Below, one piece after another: positions 23,028-33,184 of a stretch of DNA of 64,000 nt. The stretch's first letter is position 1. Every line of letters begins with the position of its first letter. A program made the translations under genes and the position numbers. The notes beneath the pieces were generated by a model. That model saw only the letters and a list, made by a program, of their open reading frames with translations. It made no database searches and was not told where the DNA came from. Source of the DNA: Dehalococcoidia bacterium (GTDB lineage: Bacteria; Chloroflexota; Dehalococcoidia; Lucifugimonadales; Australimonadaceae); NCBI GenBank assembly GCA_034422795.1, contig DAOUJK010000022.1, positions 70,556-134,555 on the forward strand. Direction: 5' to 3'.

Positions 23028-24026
23028 ATGATCATCGACATGCACACGCACATCGTCCCAAAGGACTTCCCCTACCTCACCGACCGCCCATCCGGCGACG
23101 CCTTCCCTTCCATGGAACCGAAGGACGACGAACGCTCCACCATCATGATCAGCGGAGAAGAGTACCGGACGGTCCGCGACGTCTGCTGGGACGCCCCGAA
23201 GCGCGCCTCGGAGTTCACCAGCCAGGGCACAGACAGGCAGGTGCTCTCTCCCCTGCCCGAACTACTCATGTACCACCTCGACCCCAGGGACGGCGCAGAC
23301 CTCGCCAGACATCTGAACGAGACGATCGCGGGGATGGTCGCCGCAGAACCGGAGCGTCTCTACGGACTCGGCTCCGTTCCGATGCAGGACGTCGAACTCG
23401 CGGTGGCGGAATTGAGCGTCATCAAGGAGCTCGGCCTGCACGGCGTGGAGATACGCTCCAACATCGAGGGCCGCAGCCTCGGCGAGGAGCGATTCCGCCC
23501 GTTCTTCAGGGAGGCCGCCGCGCTGGGTCTCGCGGTATTCCCGCACGCGAACCGCCCCACGTTCGCGGACAGGCTGGCGCACATCCCGCCCATCATTGCG
23601 GACGCCCCACTCGGATTTCCTATCGAGTCCGGACTCGCCGGGGCATCCATCATCTGGAGCGGGTTGCTCGACGAGCTTCCGGAACTGCGCATCTGCATCA
23701 GCCACGGTGGGGGCGTGCTCATGCAACTGCTCGCCCGCAGCGACGAGAACTGGCATTCGCGCGAGCCCGTCCGCAAACTCCTCCCCAGGCCGCCCATGGA
23801 GTACGCCGCGATGCTCTACTACGACGACATCGCGTTCGGGACGGCCCCGCTGCGCTACCTGATAGACCACGTTGGCGCCAGCCAGGTGATGATCGGCTCG
23901 GACTGGCAAGGCGGCGGACCCAAGTCGCCATCGCCGGAGGAGGAGTTCGACGCGCTTGGCCTCGGCGCAGAAGAGCGCGACCTCATCGGCTGGAAGAATG
24001 CGCTGCGCTATCTGGGGATCGAATGA
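23028..24026 (+). CDS. amidohydrolase-2 family protein (ACMSD-like decarboxylase/hydrolase)
   Basis: N-terminal metal motif MIIDMHTHIVP, and C-terminal VMIGSDW. Confidence 0.75.
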   Translation: MIIDMHTHIVPKDFPYLTDRPSGDAFPSMEPKDDERSTIMISGEEYRTVRDVCWDAPKRASEFTSQGTDRQVLSPLPELLMYHLDPRDGADLARHLNETIAGMVAAEPERLYGLGSVPMQDVELAVAELSVIKELGLHGVEIRSNIEGRSLGEERFRPFFREAAALGLAVFPHANRPTFADRLAHIPPIIADAPLGFPIESGLAGASIIWSGLLDELPELRICISHGGGVLMQLLARSDENWHSREPVRKLLPRPPMEYAAMLYYDDIAFGTAPLRYLIDHVGASQVMIGSDWQGGGPKSPSPEEEFDALGLGAEERDLIGWKNALRYLGIE

Positions 24027-24032
24027 CCGGGG

Positions 24033-24782
24033 CTACGCGTCACGCACCCTCTGAATGAACGCGACATCCTCGGCCTGCGGCGCCCTGTCCATGCCCTCGA
24101 ACGAACCCGCCGCGTAGTTGCCGGCTATCGCCTCCGGGAGCCCCGGCTTGCTCGCGAAGTGCGCCATCGTCCGCTCCTGCAGGGCGTCCCACCGCGCTGC
24201 GAGCGCCTTCGCCTCCGGGCTGGCAGGGTCGAGGCCACGCGACGCCCGAACGTCGGCGAGGAGCGCTGTCCACTCGTGTTCGACGGCTTGGATCTCCTCA
24301 GGCGGCGTCTCAGCGCGCAGCTCCGCGAACTGAGCCATCTGCTCCTGCGTGTAGTACTTCTCCATCAGGTTTCCTCCACTGCTGTTCCCAGCCGCCTCCG
24401 CGGCCGCCAGCACCAGGTTCCAGTCCCACGCGCCGCTGCGCTCCTGCGCCTGCAGTGCGTTGCCTATCGCCGACTCGATACGCTGCAACTCCTCGATACG
24501 CTCCCGCAGGGCGAGGCGCTGCACGCGGAGCGATGCGGCGACGTCGAAGTCTTCGCCGTCGAGCACGTCGCGGATGCGGCGCAGGGGGAATCCCAGGCAA
24601 CGCAGGGTGAGCACCTGTTGCAGTCGCAAGAGGTCGGGCTCGCTGTAGAGGCGATAGCCTGACTCTGAACGCGCAGAAGGCTGCACAAGGCCGAGCCGGT
24701 CGTAATGGTGCAGCGTGCGGACCGATACGCCGACCCGTGCAGCCAGCTCTCCAACGCGATAAAGGCGCGGGTACGTGTTCAT
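24033..24782 (-). CDS. MerR-family transcriptional regulator with TipAS-like C-terminal domain
   Basis: YRVGELAARVGVSVRTLHHYDRLGLVQPSARSESGYRLYSEPDLLRLQQVLTLRCLGF. The C-terminal ~140 aa resemble the TipAS antibiotic-recognition domain. Confidence 0.8.
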   Translation of the reverse strand: MNTYPRLYRVGELAARVGVSVRTLHHYDRLGLVQPSARSESGYRLYSEPDLLRLQQVLTLRCLGFPLRRIRDVLDGEDFDVAASLRVQRLALRERIEELQRIESAIGNALQAQERSGAWDWNLVLAAAEAAGNSSGGNLMEKYYTQEQMAQFAELRAETPPEEIQAVEHEWTALLADVRASRGLDPASPEAKALAARWDALQERTMAHFASKPGLPEAIAGNYAAGSFEGMDRAPQAEDVAFIQRVRDA

Positions 24783-24791
24783 GACAGCATC

Positions 24792-24822
24792 AGCGTAAAG
24801 CCTGACGCCGCGTGAGGGTCAA
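24792..24822 (-). promoter_or_regulatory. MerR-type promoter with 19-bp spacer containing a 17-bp near-palindrome
   Basis: On the minus strand: TTGACC (24822-24817), a 19-nt spacer, then TACGCT (24797-24792). The spacer holds CCTCACGCGGCGTCAGG, a palindrome with one mismatched pair. The -10 element ends 9 nt before the merR-like ATG, implying a near-leaderless transcript. Confidence 0.5.
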
Positions 24823-24851
24823 CACCCCTTCATGAATATGCTGGCGACAGC

Positions 24852-25097
24852 CTATGCGCGGCTGTCGCCGGTGTAAGAAGAGGTGCGGCCGGGCCCCACG
24901 AAACGGTTGCCGTCAACCGTAGCGATGTCCTCGGACGGCAAGGAGGCCTCGTCGCCCTCGGCGACGTCCGCTCCGCCCAGGACGTCGACAAAGCGGACGC
25001 TCGCGGTAGTGCCGTCCGCGCTCACGCTCAGCAATTCGACAACGTCCCCGCTTACCGTTACCAGGCGCGTGCCTGCTTCGATGCCTTCCAGATTCAT
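24852..25097 (-). CDS. hypothetical small protein downstream of the Rieske oxygenase
   Basis: 81 aa from the internal Met (MNLEGIEAGTRLVTVSGD...), 23 nt after the oxygenase stop and on the same strand. Confidence 0.5.
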   Translation of the reverse strand: MNLEGIEAGTRLVTVSGDVVELLSVSADGTTASVRFVDVLGGADVAEGDEASLPSEDIATVDGNRFVGPGRTSSYTGDSRA

Positions 25098-25120
25098 GCT
25101 GCGACTCCGAATCGTTCTCT

Positions 25121-26521
25121 CTAGCCTGGCGAGACCTCGACCGTCGTCTTGGCCGACTTCGGGAACGGCGGCGGCAGCGGAGCGCCGATGCGCTTGGCGT
25201 ACTCCAGGTTCAGCGTGTTGAACTTGCCGGACGAACCGGTCGACATCCCTTCGACGTGTCGGCTTGGGTTCTTCGGGATGGCCGTCTTCCCTTCGATGAC
25301 CTCGTCGTCCATCCGGTCGAACGGGATCCAGATGATGTCGTTCTTCGCGGGGTCGCGGAACACATTCATCGGCTCGCCGCCGTCTTCCATGATCTGCATC
25401 TGCTCCAGAAGCATGCGGCGGAAGAGAATGATGCCGATGTCCGACTGCCCCAGCTTCTCCAGGTAGCGGCGCGTGCGGGGGCCCTGCGACGTCCACGCGA
25501 AGTGGTCCTGCCCGCTGTTGTTATCCAACTGCTCCCAGATGGGCTGACCCCACTCGTCCACCCCGGCGATCGGCACGTGGTAGACGGGTATCTCGTCTTC
25601 CCGCTGGTTCGGGTTCTCCCCTTCGCGCGGCCAGTGAGACTGGTAGTAGACGTAGTACGTGTGCGTGTCGTCCATCGGCACGCGGATCTGGAAGTCGTGC
25701 CCGCCCGTGCCGGACTCGAGGTTCGGGAAGAGTATCGGGTGACCGTAACGCCAGCCTATGGACTCTTCCTGCTCCTCACCCTCCAGCCAGCGGTGCTTCA
25801 GGATACCGTGCTCGAACCTGCTGGTGGACGCGGAGATGTGCCGCATCGTGCGACCCGCCTTCCGCCAGTACGGCCCGAAGTCCTCATTCTCTTCCGGCGG
25901 GCGCTTCCCGTAGATGTCGCCACGGTGCTTCAACAGCCCGACCCGCTGGAGAGCGTACTTGGAGAAGTAGCCATGGAGGTACTCGGCGTGGATGGGGTCC
26001 AGCGAGTTCTCCATGATCTGCAGCCAGTTGCAGGTGACGACAGTCCAGCCGATGCTCCTGACCCTGCCCTCTTCCACGAACGGGTAGTAGTGCGGGAGCA
26101 ACGGAGCAGGCTGCGGGCCGAGGTAGGCGAACACCAGTCCGCCGAGCGTCTCCACCGGGTACGCCTTCAACTGCACGCGCTCGGGGAAGGTCGAGTTCGC
26201 AGGCTCGGCGGGCATCTCCAGGCACTGGCCCGTCTCGTCGTACAGCCAGCCGTGGTAGGGGCAGCGGAGTCCTTTCGGCTCAGGGATACCCCAGAGCATG
26301 TTGACCCGACGGTGAGCGCATGAGGCGTCGATCAGGCCGAATGTGCCGCTCTCGTCCTTGTACAGCACAAGGTCTTCGCCCAGCAGGCGGATCGCCTTCG
26401 TGGGGTTCTCGTTGAACTCAGAGACTCCGGCGATGGGCTGCCAGTAGCGGCGCATGAGTTCGCCCATAGGCGTGCCGGGTCCTACCAACGTCAACCGATC
26501 GTTCTGCTCTTGGGTCAGCAT
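25121..26521 (-). CDS. Rieske [2Fe-2S] aromatic-ring-hydroxylating oxygenase, alpha subunit
   Basis: Rieske ligands CAHRRVNMLWG...CPYHGWLYD. The catalytic-domain His motif is DPIHAEYLHG. Confidence 0.85.
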   Translation of the reverse strand: MLTQEQNDRLTLVGPGTPMGELMRRYWQPIAGVSEFNENPTKAIRLLGEDLVLYKDESGTFGLIDASCAHRRVNMLWGIPEPKGLRCPYHGWLYDETGQCLEMPAEPANSTFPERVQLKAYPVETLGGLVFAYLGPQPAPLLPHYYPFVEEGRVRSIGWTVVTCNWLQIMENSLDPIHAEYLHGYFSKYALQRVGLLKHRGDIYGKRPPEENEDFGPYWRKAGRTMRHISASTSRFEHGILKHRWLEGEEQEESIGWRYGHPILFPNLESGTGGHDFQIRVPMDDTHTYYVYYQSHWPREGENPNQREDEIPVYHVPIAGVDEWGQPIWEQLDNNSGQDHFAWTSQGPRTRRYLEKLGQSDIGIILFRRMLLEQMQIMEDGGEPMNVFRDPAKNDIIWIPFDRMDDEVIEGKTAIPKNPSRHVEGMSTGSSGKFNTLNLEYAKRIGAPLPPPFPKSAKTTVEVSPG

Positions 26522-26607
26522 CGTTCACCTCCCTGGCTACCCTGACCATGTTCTTGTCTAGGGGAAGATTGCCACTCCGAGCGCGCTCCGGTCAAATGCC
26601 CCCGCAC

Positions 26608-27003
26608 CTACGCACTGAGGACAGGCGAGCCGTGGTGGTGCACCATCAGCCACTGCCCGTGCCGACTGCGGAAGACATTCGTCGCTTCAACGTGCGCGTC
26701 CACCACGCGCCCTCCAGCCACCGACGTCAGGTTCTCGGTGCACGTGACCCATGCAACGCTGCCCGCGACCGTCGCCTGGGCGCCGGTTATCGTGAATGTC
26801 ATCATGGCCGCGCCCTCGAATATGCGCTCCCAGCTCTCCATGACCTCGGCCCAGCCGTCGAGCGCCCGCCATCCGGGGTGGATGCACGTCACCACATCCT
26901 CGCGCGACCAGACCTCTTCCATGCGGCGTATGTCCAGCGTACTGAACGCATCGTAGAACGCCCTGTTGGAGTCGAGAACCGCCGCTTCGTTTGCATCGCT
27001 CAT
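26608..27003 (-). CDS. SnoaL-like / NTF2-fold (DUF4440-type) protein
   Basis: AVLDSNRAFYDAFSTLDIRRMEEVWSREDVVTCIHPGW...WLMVHHHGS is typical of the family. Start at the internal Met. Confidence 0.65.
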   Translation of the reverse strand: MSDANEAAVLDSNRAFYDAFSTLDIRRMEEVWSREDVVTCIHPGWRALDGWAEVMESWERIFEGAAMMTFTITGAQATVAGSVAWVTCTENLTSVAGGRVVDAHVEATNVFRSRHGQWLMVHHHGSPVLSA

Positions 27004-27081
27004 CGCGTAGACTCTACCACGATAGCCCGGTCGCCGATGCCGATGTATCATCCGCGGCGCGTTGAGAGGAGGAAGACGCCT

Positions 27082-27873
27082 ATGCCCAGTTTCGACATGA
27101 CGGACCGCGTAGCCATCGTGACCGGAGGCTCACAGGGGTTCGGCAAGGCCATCTCGCTTGCACTCGCACGCCAGGGCGCGAACGTCGTCGTCGCGGCACG
27201 CGAGCCGGAGCAAGTGACAGTCGGCAGAGAGCGGCCTCACGCCCCGGTCCACCCCGTCGTGGACGAGATACGCGCCATCGGCAGCCGCGCGCTCGGGGTA
27301 ACGGCTGACGTACGCAACCAGGACGAGGTGGACAACCTCGTCGCGCAGACCATGAACGAGTTCGGACGTATCGACGCGCTCGTCAATGTCGTCGGCGGCA
27401 GTTGGGGCGAGACGTTCCGCTCCGGTCCGCTCATGGAGTTGGAGCCGCACGACTTCATCGAGTGCTACCGGGTGAACGTGCTCACGGCGTTCATGTGCTC
27501 CAAGGCCGTGCAGCCGATCATGAAAGCGCAGGGTAAGGGCGCCATCGTCAACATCGCGTCCGGTGCGGGGGTCAACCCCGGGACGGGGCAGGCCGCTTAC
27601 GGCGCGGCCAAGGCAGGCGTCATCAACATGTCCAAGTCCATGGCATACGAGTGGGCGCCGGAGGTCCGCGTCAATGCCATCGCGCTCGGCGGCATCGAGA
27701 CGCCCCACCGGCCCATGTGGCACGAGAGCGTCCGCTCCGCCACAACAAACCGGAGCGCCATGGGGCGGCTCGGCACACCGGACGAGCACGCGGGCACCGT
27801 CCTCTGGCTCGTCTCAGACGCCGCAGGTTACATCACCGGTACAGCCATAGAAGCGGACGGCGGTCGGCGTTAG
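27082..27873 (+). CDS. short-chain dehydrogenase/reductase (SDR)
   Basis: VAIVTGGSQGFGKAI (TGxxxGxG) and YGAAKAG (YxxxK). GAGAGGAGGA RBS upstream. Confidence 0.85.
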   Translation: MPSFDMTDRVAIVTGGSQGFGKAISLALARQGANVVVAAREPEQVTVGRERPHAPVHPVVDEIRAIGSRALGVTADVRNQDEVDNLVAQTMNEFGRIDALVNVVGGSWGETFRSGPLMELEPHDFIECYRVNVLTAFMCSKAVQPIMKAQGKGAIVNIASGAGVNPGTGQAAYGAAKAGVINMSKSMAYEWAPEVRVNAIALGGIETPHRPMWHESVRSATTNRSAMGRLGTPDEHAGTVLWLVSDAAGYITGTAIEADGGRR

Positions 27874-27909
27874 GAAGACGAAGGCCCGCACACGGCAAGG
27901 AGCAGAGAC

Positions 27910-28731
27910 ATGCCATACGAAGACCGGTTCGTGGACAACAACGGCGTTCGCATCCACTACGAGGTGGAGGAGGGGCCCGCGGAGTCGCCTGTCATCATCT
28001 TCGTGCACGGCATGGGCGGCAGCACGAAGGGCTGGCGGATGCACGGCTACCCGGAGAAGCTGCGCGACGAGTACAAGGTCGTCCTCATCGACTCGCGCGG
28101 GTTCGGCCAGAGCGACAAGATGAAGGACCCGGAGGACTACGGACGCCAGCAGAAGGTGTCCGACGTCACCGCCGTGCTCGACGACCTCGGCGTGGACAAG
28201 GCCTATTACTGGGGCTACTCCATGGGCGCAAGCATCGGCTGGGCGGTCGGCATGTTGGCCCCTGAGCGTTTCCACGGGCTCGTTCTCGGGGCCTACCCCG
28301 TGCTCTCACCGGAGGTGCCCGAGATCGACCGCGTGCGGTGGGAGGCACGCGCCAAGCTCATGCGCCTCGGCATGGACGTCTACATCGCCGCGATGGAGAT
28401 GGACCAAGGCCCCTTGGCGGAGGAGAACAAGGCGCGGCTGCTGGCGAACGACAAGGACGCCTACGCCGCACAGCAGATAGCCAACCTGAGTTGGGGAGCG
28501 CCGGACGAGGACATCCGCAATATGACTCTGCCCGCCCTCGTCTACTCCGGCACCGAGGACGAGTACCCCATGCCACGCAACCACGCGCTTACGAAGCGCT
28601 CCGCGTCGCTTGCGCCCAACGCGAAATTCCTGCCGCTGGAGGGCCACACGCACGCATCCGCCATGGCCTCGCCGGACGTGGTGATCCCCCACGTGCGCGA
28701 GTTCATCGCCATGGTCGAAGGCTCACGTTAG
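27910..28731 (+). CDS. alpha/beta hydrolase, tandem paralog 1 of 4
   Basis: IIFVHGMGGS and the nucleophile elbow WGYSMGASIG. AAGGAGCA RBS. Confidence 0.85.
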   Translation: MPYEDRFVDNNGVRIHYEVEEGPAESPVIIFVHGMGGSTKGWRMHGYPEKLRDEYKVVLIDSRGFGQSDKMKDPEDYGRQQKVSDVTAVLDDLGVDKAYYWGYSMGASIGWAVGMLAPERFHGLVLGAYPVLSPEVPEIDRVRWEARAKLMRLGMDVYIAAMEMDQGPLAEENKARLLANDKDAYAAQQIANLSWGAPDEDIRNMTLPALVYSGTEDEYPMPRNHALTKRSASLAPNAKFLPLEGHTHASAMASPDVVIPHVREFIAMVEGSR

Positions 28732-28758
28732 CAACGCCAACGCCTAAGGAGCAGCGTC

Positions 28759-29580
28759 ATGCCATACCAGGACCGGTTCGTCGATAACAACGGCGTCAGC
28801 ATCCACTACGAGGTGGAGGACGGGCCCGTGGAGGAGCCCGTCATCGTCTTCGTACATGGCATGGGCATGAGCACGAAGGACTGGCGGAACGCAGGCTACC
28901 CGGAGAAGCTGCGCAACGAGTTCAGGGTTGTCCTCATCGACTCGCGCGGGTTCGGCCAGAGCGACAAGCCGAAGGCCCCCACTGACTACGGGCGACCGCA
29001 GAAGGTGTCCGACATCACAGCGGTCCTGGACGACCTCGGCGTCGACAAGGCGTACTACTGGGGTTTCTCCATGGGTTCCAGCATCGGCTGGGCGGTCGGC
29101 ATGCTGGCGCCCAATCGGTTCCACGGCCTTATCCTCGGCGCATACCCCGTGCTCTCGCCGGACGTACCGGAGATCGACCGGGTGCGGTGGGAGGCGCGCG
29201 CCAAGCTCATGCGCCTCGGCATGGACGTCTACGTCGCCGCGATGGAGATGGACCAGGGCCCCTTGCCCGAGGACAGCCGGGACCGGCTGCTGTCGAACGA
29301 CAAGGATGCCTACGCTGCACAGCAGCTCGCCAACCTGGAGTGGGGCGCGCCGGACGAGGACATCGTCAACATGACGCTCCCCGCCCTTGTCTACTCAGGC
29401 ACCGACGACGACTACCCCATGCCGCGCAACCACGCGCTCACCAAGCGCTCTGCATCGCTTGCGCCCAACGCCAGGTTCCTGCCGTTGGATGGACACACGC
29501 ACATGTCCGCGTTCCTCGCAGCCGACCTGATGATCCCGCACGTGCGCGAGTTCATCGCCATGGTGGAGGACACGCGCTAG
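28759..29580 (+). CDS. alpha/beta hydrolase, tandem paralog 2 of 4
   Basis: Colinear with paralog 1 along its whole length (MPYQDRFVDNNGVSIHYEVEDG...). AAGGAGCA RBS. Confidence 0.85.
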   Translation: MPYQDRFVDNNGVSIHYEVEDGPVEEPVIVFVHGMGMSTKDWRNAGYPEKLRNEFRVVLIDSRGFGQSDKPKAPTDYGRPQKVSDITAVLDDLGVDKAYYWGFSMGSSIGWAVGMLAPNRFHGLILGAYPVLSPDVPEIDRVRWEARAKLMRLGMDVYVAAMEMDQGPLPEDSRDRLLSNDKDAYAAQQLANLEWGAPDEDIVNMTLPALVYSGTDDDYPMPRNHALTKRSASLAPNARFLPLDGHTHMSAFLAADLMIPHVREFIAMVEDTR

Positions 29581-29606
29581 AGCGCGCGAGGCAAGGAGCA
29601 ACCGCC

Positions 29607-30422
29607 ATGGCATTCGAAGACCGCTTCATCAACAACGACGGTGTCCGCATCCACTACGAGGTGAACGACGACGCACCGGACGACGCGCCTTCGCTCGTGC
29701 TCATGCACGGCATGGGCATGAGCACGAAGGACTGGCACGACGCCGGTTATGCAACCGTGCTCTCCGCCGATTTCCGGCTCATCCTCATCGACTCCCGCGG
29801 CTTCGGCCAGAGCGACAAGCTCACCGACCCCGCCGACTACGGACGCGCGCAGAAGGTGTCCGACGTCACTACCGTGCTGGACGACCTCGGCATCGAGAAG
29901 ACGTTCTACTGGGGCTACTCCATGGGCGCCAGCATCGGATGGGCGCTCGGCATGCTTGCTCCGCACCGTTTCCACGCGCTCGTTCTCGGCTCATACCCGG
30001 TCATCCCCCTGCCTGTCCCCGATTTCGACCGTGCCCGCTGGGAGGCCCGCGCCAAGATCATGCGCCTCGGCATGGACGTCTACGTCACCGCCATGGAGAT
30101 GGACGCCGGGCCTCTTCCGGATGCCGACCGCGAGCGGCTGCTGGCGAACGACAAGGACGCCTACGCCGCGCAGCAACTCGCCAACCTGGATTGGGGTGCG
30201 CCCGATGAGGACATCGTTAGCATGACGCTCCCCACGTTCGTCTACGCCGGCACGAAGGACAGGCGCAACCACGAGCCAGCCAGGCGGTGCGCGTCGCTCG
30301 CACCCAACGCGTCGTTCCTCTCGCTGCCGGACCACACGCACATGCAGGCGTTCCTGGCAGCGGACACAATGGTCCCCCACGTACGCGGGTTCATCGAGAG
30401 AGTTGGGACCCGCGTCGGCTGA
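29607..30422 (+). CDS. alpha/beta hydrolase, tandem paralog 3 of 4
   Basis: MAFEDRFINNDGVRIHYEVNDDAPDDAP...GYSMGASIG. Start at the internal ATG preceded by AAGGAGCA. Confidence 0.85.
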   Translation: MAFEDRFINNDGVRIHYEVNDDAPDDAPSLVLMHGMGMSTKDWHDAGYATVLSADFRLILIDSRGFGQSDKLTDPADYGRAQKVSDVTTVLDDLGIEKTFYWGYSMGASIGWALGMLAPHRFHALVLGSYPVIPLPVPDFDRARWEARAKIMRLGMDVYVTAMEMDAGPLPDADRERLLANDKDAYAAQQLANLDWGAPDEDIVSMTLPTFVYAGTKDRRNHEPARRCASLAPNASFLSLPDHTHMQAFLAADTMVPHVRGFIERVGTRVG

Positions 30423-30446
30423 CACTCGGGACCAGGGAGTAACACC

Positions 30447-31259
30447 ATGTCATTCCAAGACCGGTTCGTGGACAACGACGGCGTCCGCATCCACTACGAG
30501 GTGAACGACGACGCGCCGGACGACGCGCCTCCGCTCGTGCTCATGCACGGCATGGGCGGCAGTACGAAGAACTGGCACGACGCCGGTTATGCAACCGCGC
30601 TCTCCGGCGATTTCCGGCTCATCCTCATCGACTCCCGCGGCTTCGGTCAGAGCGACAAGCTCACCGACCCCGCCGACTATGGACGCGCGCAGAAGGTGTC
30701 GGACGTCACCGCTGTGCTGGACGACCTCGGCATCGAGAAAACGTTCTACTGGGGCTACTCCATGGGCGCCAGCATCGGATGGGCGCTCGGCATGCTTGCC
30801 CCGCACCGTTTCCATGCGCTCGTACTCGGCTCTTACCCCGTCATCCCCCTGCCCGTCCCTGAATTCGACCGCGCCCGATGGCAGGCCCGCGCGAAGATCA
30901 TGCGCCTCGGCATGGACGTCTACGTCACTGCACTGGAGATGGACGGGGGAGCACTCTCCGAGCGCCGGCGCGAGCGACTGCTGGCCAACGACAAGGAAGC
31001 CTACGCCGCGCAGCAGCTCGCCAACCTGGACTGGGGCACACCCGACGAGGACATCGTCAACATGACGCTCCCCACGTTCGTGTATGCGGGCACCAAGGAC
31101 ATCCGCAACCACGAGCCTGCCGAACGGTGTGCGTCGCTCGCACCCAACGCGTCGTTCCTCTCGCTGCCGGACCACACGCATACACAGGCGTTCGAGGTAG
31201 CGGACACGATGGTCCCCCACGTGCGGAAGTTCATCGCGGGAGTAAGGGCGTCGCTTTGA
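30447..31259 (+). CDS. alpha/beta hydrolase, tandem paralog 4 of 4
   Basis: MSFQDRFVDNDGVRIHYEVNDDAPDDAP... It is nearly identical to paralog 3 over long stretches. Confidence 0.85.
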   Translation: MSFQDRFVDNDGVRIHYEVNDDAPDDAPPLVLMHGMGGSTKNWHDAGYATALSGDFRLILIDSRGFGQSDKLTDPADYGRAQKVSDVTAVLDDLGIEKTFYWGYSMGASIGWALGMLAPHRFHALVLGSYPVIPLPVPEFDRARWQARAKIMRLGMDVYVTALEMDGGALSERRRERLLANDKEAYAAQQLANLDWGTPDEDIVNMTLPTFVYAGTKDIRNHEPAERCASLAPNASFLSLPDHTHTQAFEVADTMVPHVRKFIAGVRASL

Positions 31260-33095
31260 TAACGGCCTTCACCCTGAAGATCGCAGCTGCTATCACAGGA
31301 CTCGCCCTGGCCGGCGCCGGCGGATACGGGGCCGGAGTCTACCTTGGGTACTTTGCGATTCCATTCGTGTCCGACCCACCGGAGCATTCGGCCCGCTACT
31401 ATCCGGATGACGTCATCGCCTACTCATGGATGACCCTGAACCCCGGCGGGGGGCAGCGGCGTCACATGGCCGATATATTCGAACGCCTGACGGACATCTC
31501 AACCGTTCGTGAATGGCAAGAGGAACTCGAAGACGCCCTTGAAGATGAGCTGGACATAGAACCCGATGATCTGGCCTCATGGCTCGGGGCAGAGATGTCC
31601 GCAGCAGTGATCGACTTCGACAGCCGGGACGGGACCACTGAGGTTGCCGGGACCGTGCAGGTACGGGACAGGGAGGCCGCCGAGGATTTCATCGACAAGA
31701 TACTGGACCGCCTGGAAGATGACGGCGGCTTTGACTTCGGTAAAGACGACTATGGGGACTTCGACACGTGGGTGGACGAGGCAGGCCGGGACGACTACCA
31801 ACTATCCCTTGCCTTGTCCAACGACCTGCTTGTGGTCGCATCGGCTGAGCACACCCTGAAGATCGTTCTGGACAGGGTGAGCGGCAGGCAGACCCGTACA
31901 CTCGCTTCGGATGGCGCTTTCCAGGAAGCGCGTACCGCACTACCCGGCCGCCGCTTCATGTCTGTTTACGTGGACTATGAGAACCTTCTCGATGTCATAG
32001 AAGATGCAACCGGTATCGCGTCTACGGATACTGGAACTGCTGGCTCTCAAGCTGGATGCGGCGACCTGTTCTCCTCCATGCCCGACTGGGTTGCGATGTC
32101 GGCAGGCGTGCTCGAGCGCGGGATAGTGCTGGAGGCTGTATCGCCGCTCACAGGCGGTGGGCTGCCGGAAGCACCTGAACTCCCTGATGCGGCCGAACTG
32201 CTGCCGGCGGATGCGTTCGGGTTCGCCGCTGTGTCGTTCAATCCGGTGGTCGCGGAATGGCGTGAAGCGTTGCATGGATGTGGGATAGCAGACCTCTTTG
32301 GCGACGACCTGTGGGATGAACTTCTGGGAGCCATCCCTCCAAATGATCAGCGGGAGTGGTTCGCGGAGATCGACAGCCTGGGAAGGGAGGAGTCGGCACA
32401 ACCTCTGCCTGAGCCGCTGGACAGTGACGCCACGCTGGCCGACGCCCTCGACGTGGGCCTGTGGGCGGGGAGCCGGCTGGCGGGGTTCGACCTCGAAACA
32501 GACCTGCTCGACCACCTGGGAGGAGCGGCCATCGCGAGTGTTCTGCGCGTAGGCAGTGACCTGTTGGAAAACACCGTTGGACGCTGTGGCGATGTTGTCC
32601 TACAGGCCGCGCAGCGAGGATGCGCTGGATGAGACGCTCGACAAGGTCGTCTCGTGGCTGGAGGATGAGTTGGACCTGGATTTCGATCCAGCCAACGTTG
32701 GAGCTGACCGCAACGCCCGTCTCCTGGACCTGAGCGATGTCGACGACATCGGCTACGCCCCGGGCTACGTGCTGCACGATGGTTTCCTGTCGTTCGGCAC
32801 GACAGAGGAAGCGATAGAGGCTGTCGTGTCGCGGCAACGGGGCGAGGGGGATGCGCTCGCCTCGGACGGCGAATACCGCCGGGCCACCGGACACCTCCCG
32901 GGCAACCGGGGCATGCTGGCATACGTCAGCCTCCAGAGGATCGTCAGCCTCGTATCCGACATCAGTCCGGCAGACCTTGACCGGGGAACAGCGAACACCC
33001 TTGAGGAAACGTTGGGGGCTCTGGCCATGAGCGCCGGTTCGAACGACGGCGTTTCCCGGGCTGCGCTGGTGCTCACGCTCTTCCCCGGGGAGTAG
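31256..33095 (+). pseudogene. membrane-anchored DUF3352-like protein gene split by a frameshift (ORFs 31256-32632 and 32556-33095)
   Basis: TTG start overlaps the preceding TGA. N-terminal TM segment is ITAFTLKIAAAITGLALAGAGGYGAGVYLGYF. The protein-like reading continues in another frame after the A4 run at 32568-32571 (...GSDLLE|TPLDAVAMLSYRPRSEDALDE...). The DUF3352 assignment is tentative. Confidence 0.5.
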
Positions 33096-33184
33096 CGCCA
33101 CCAACTTACGGGAAGCCGCTATACTGACCCGGGTAGCTGTACCCACCTATGGGAATGCCCAGCTTGTTCATGGAGGCAGAAGCC

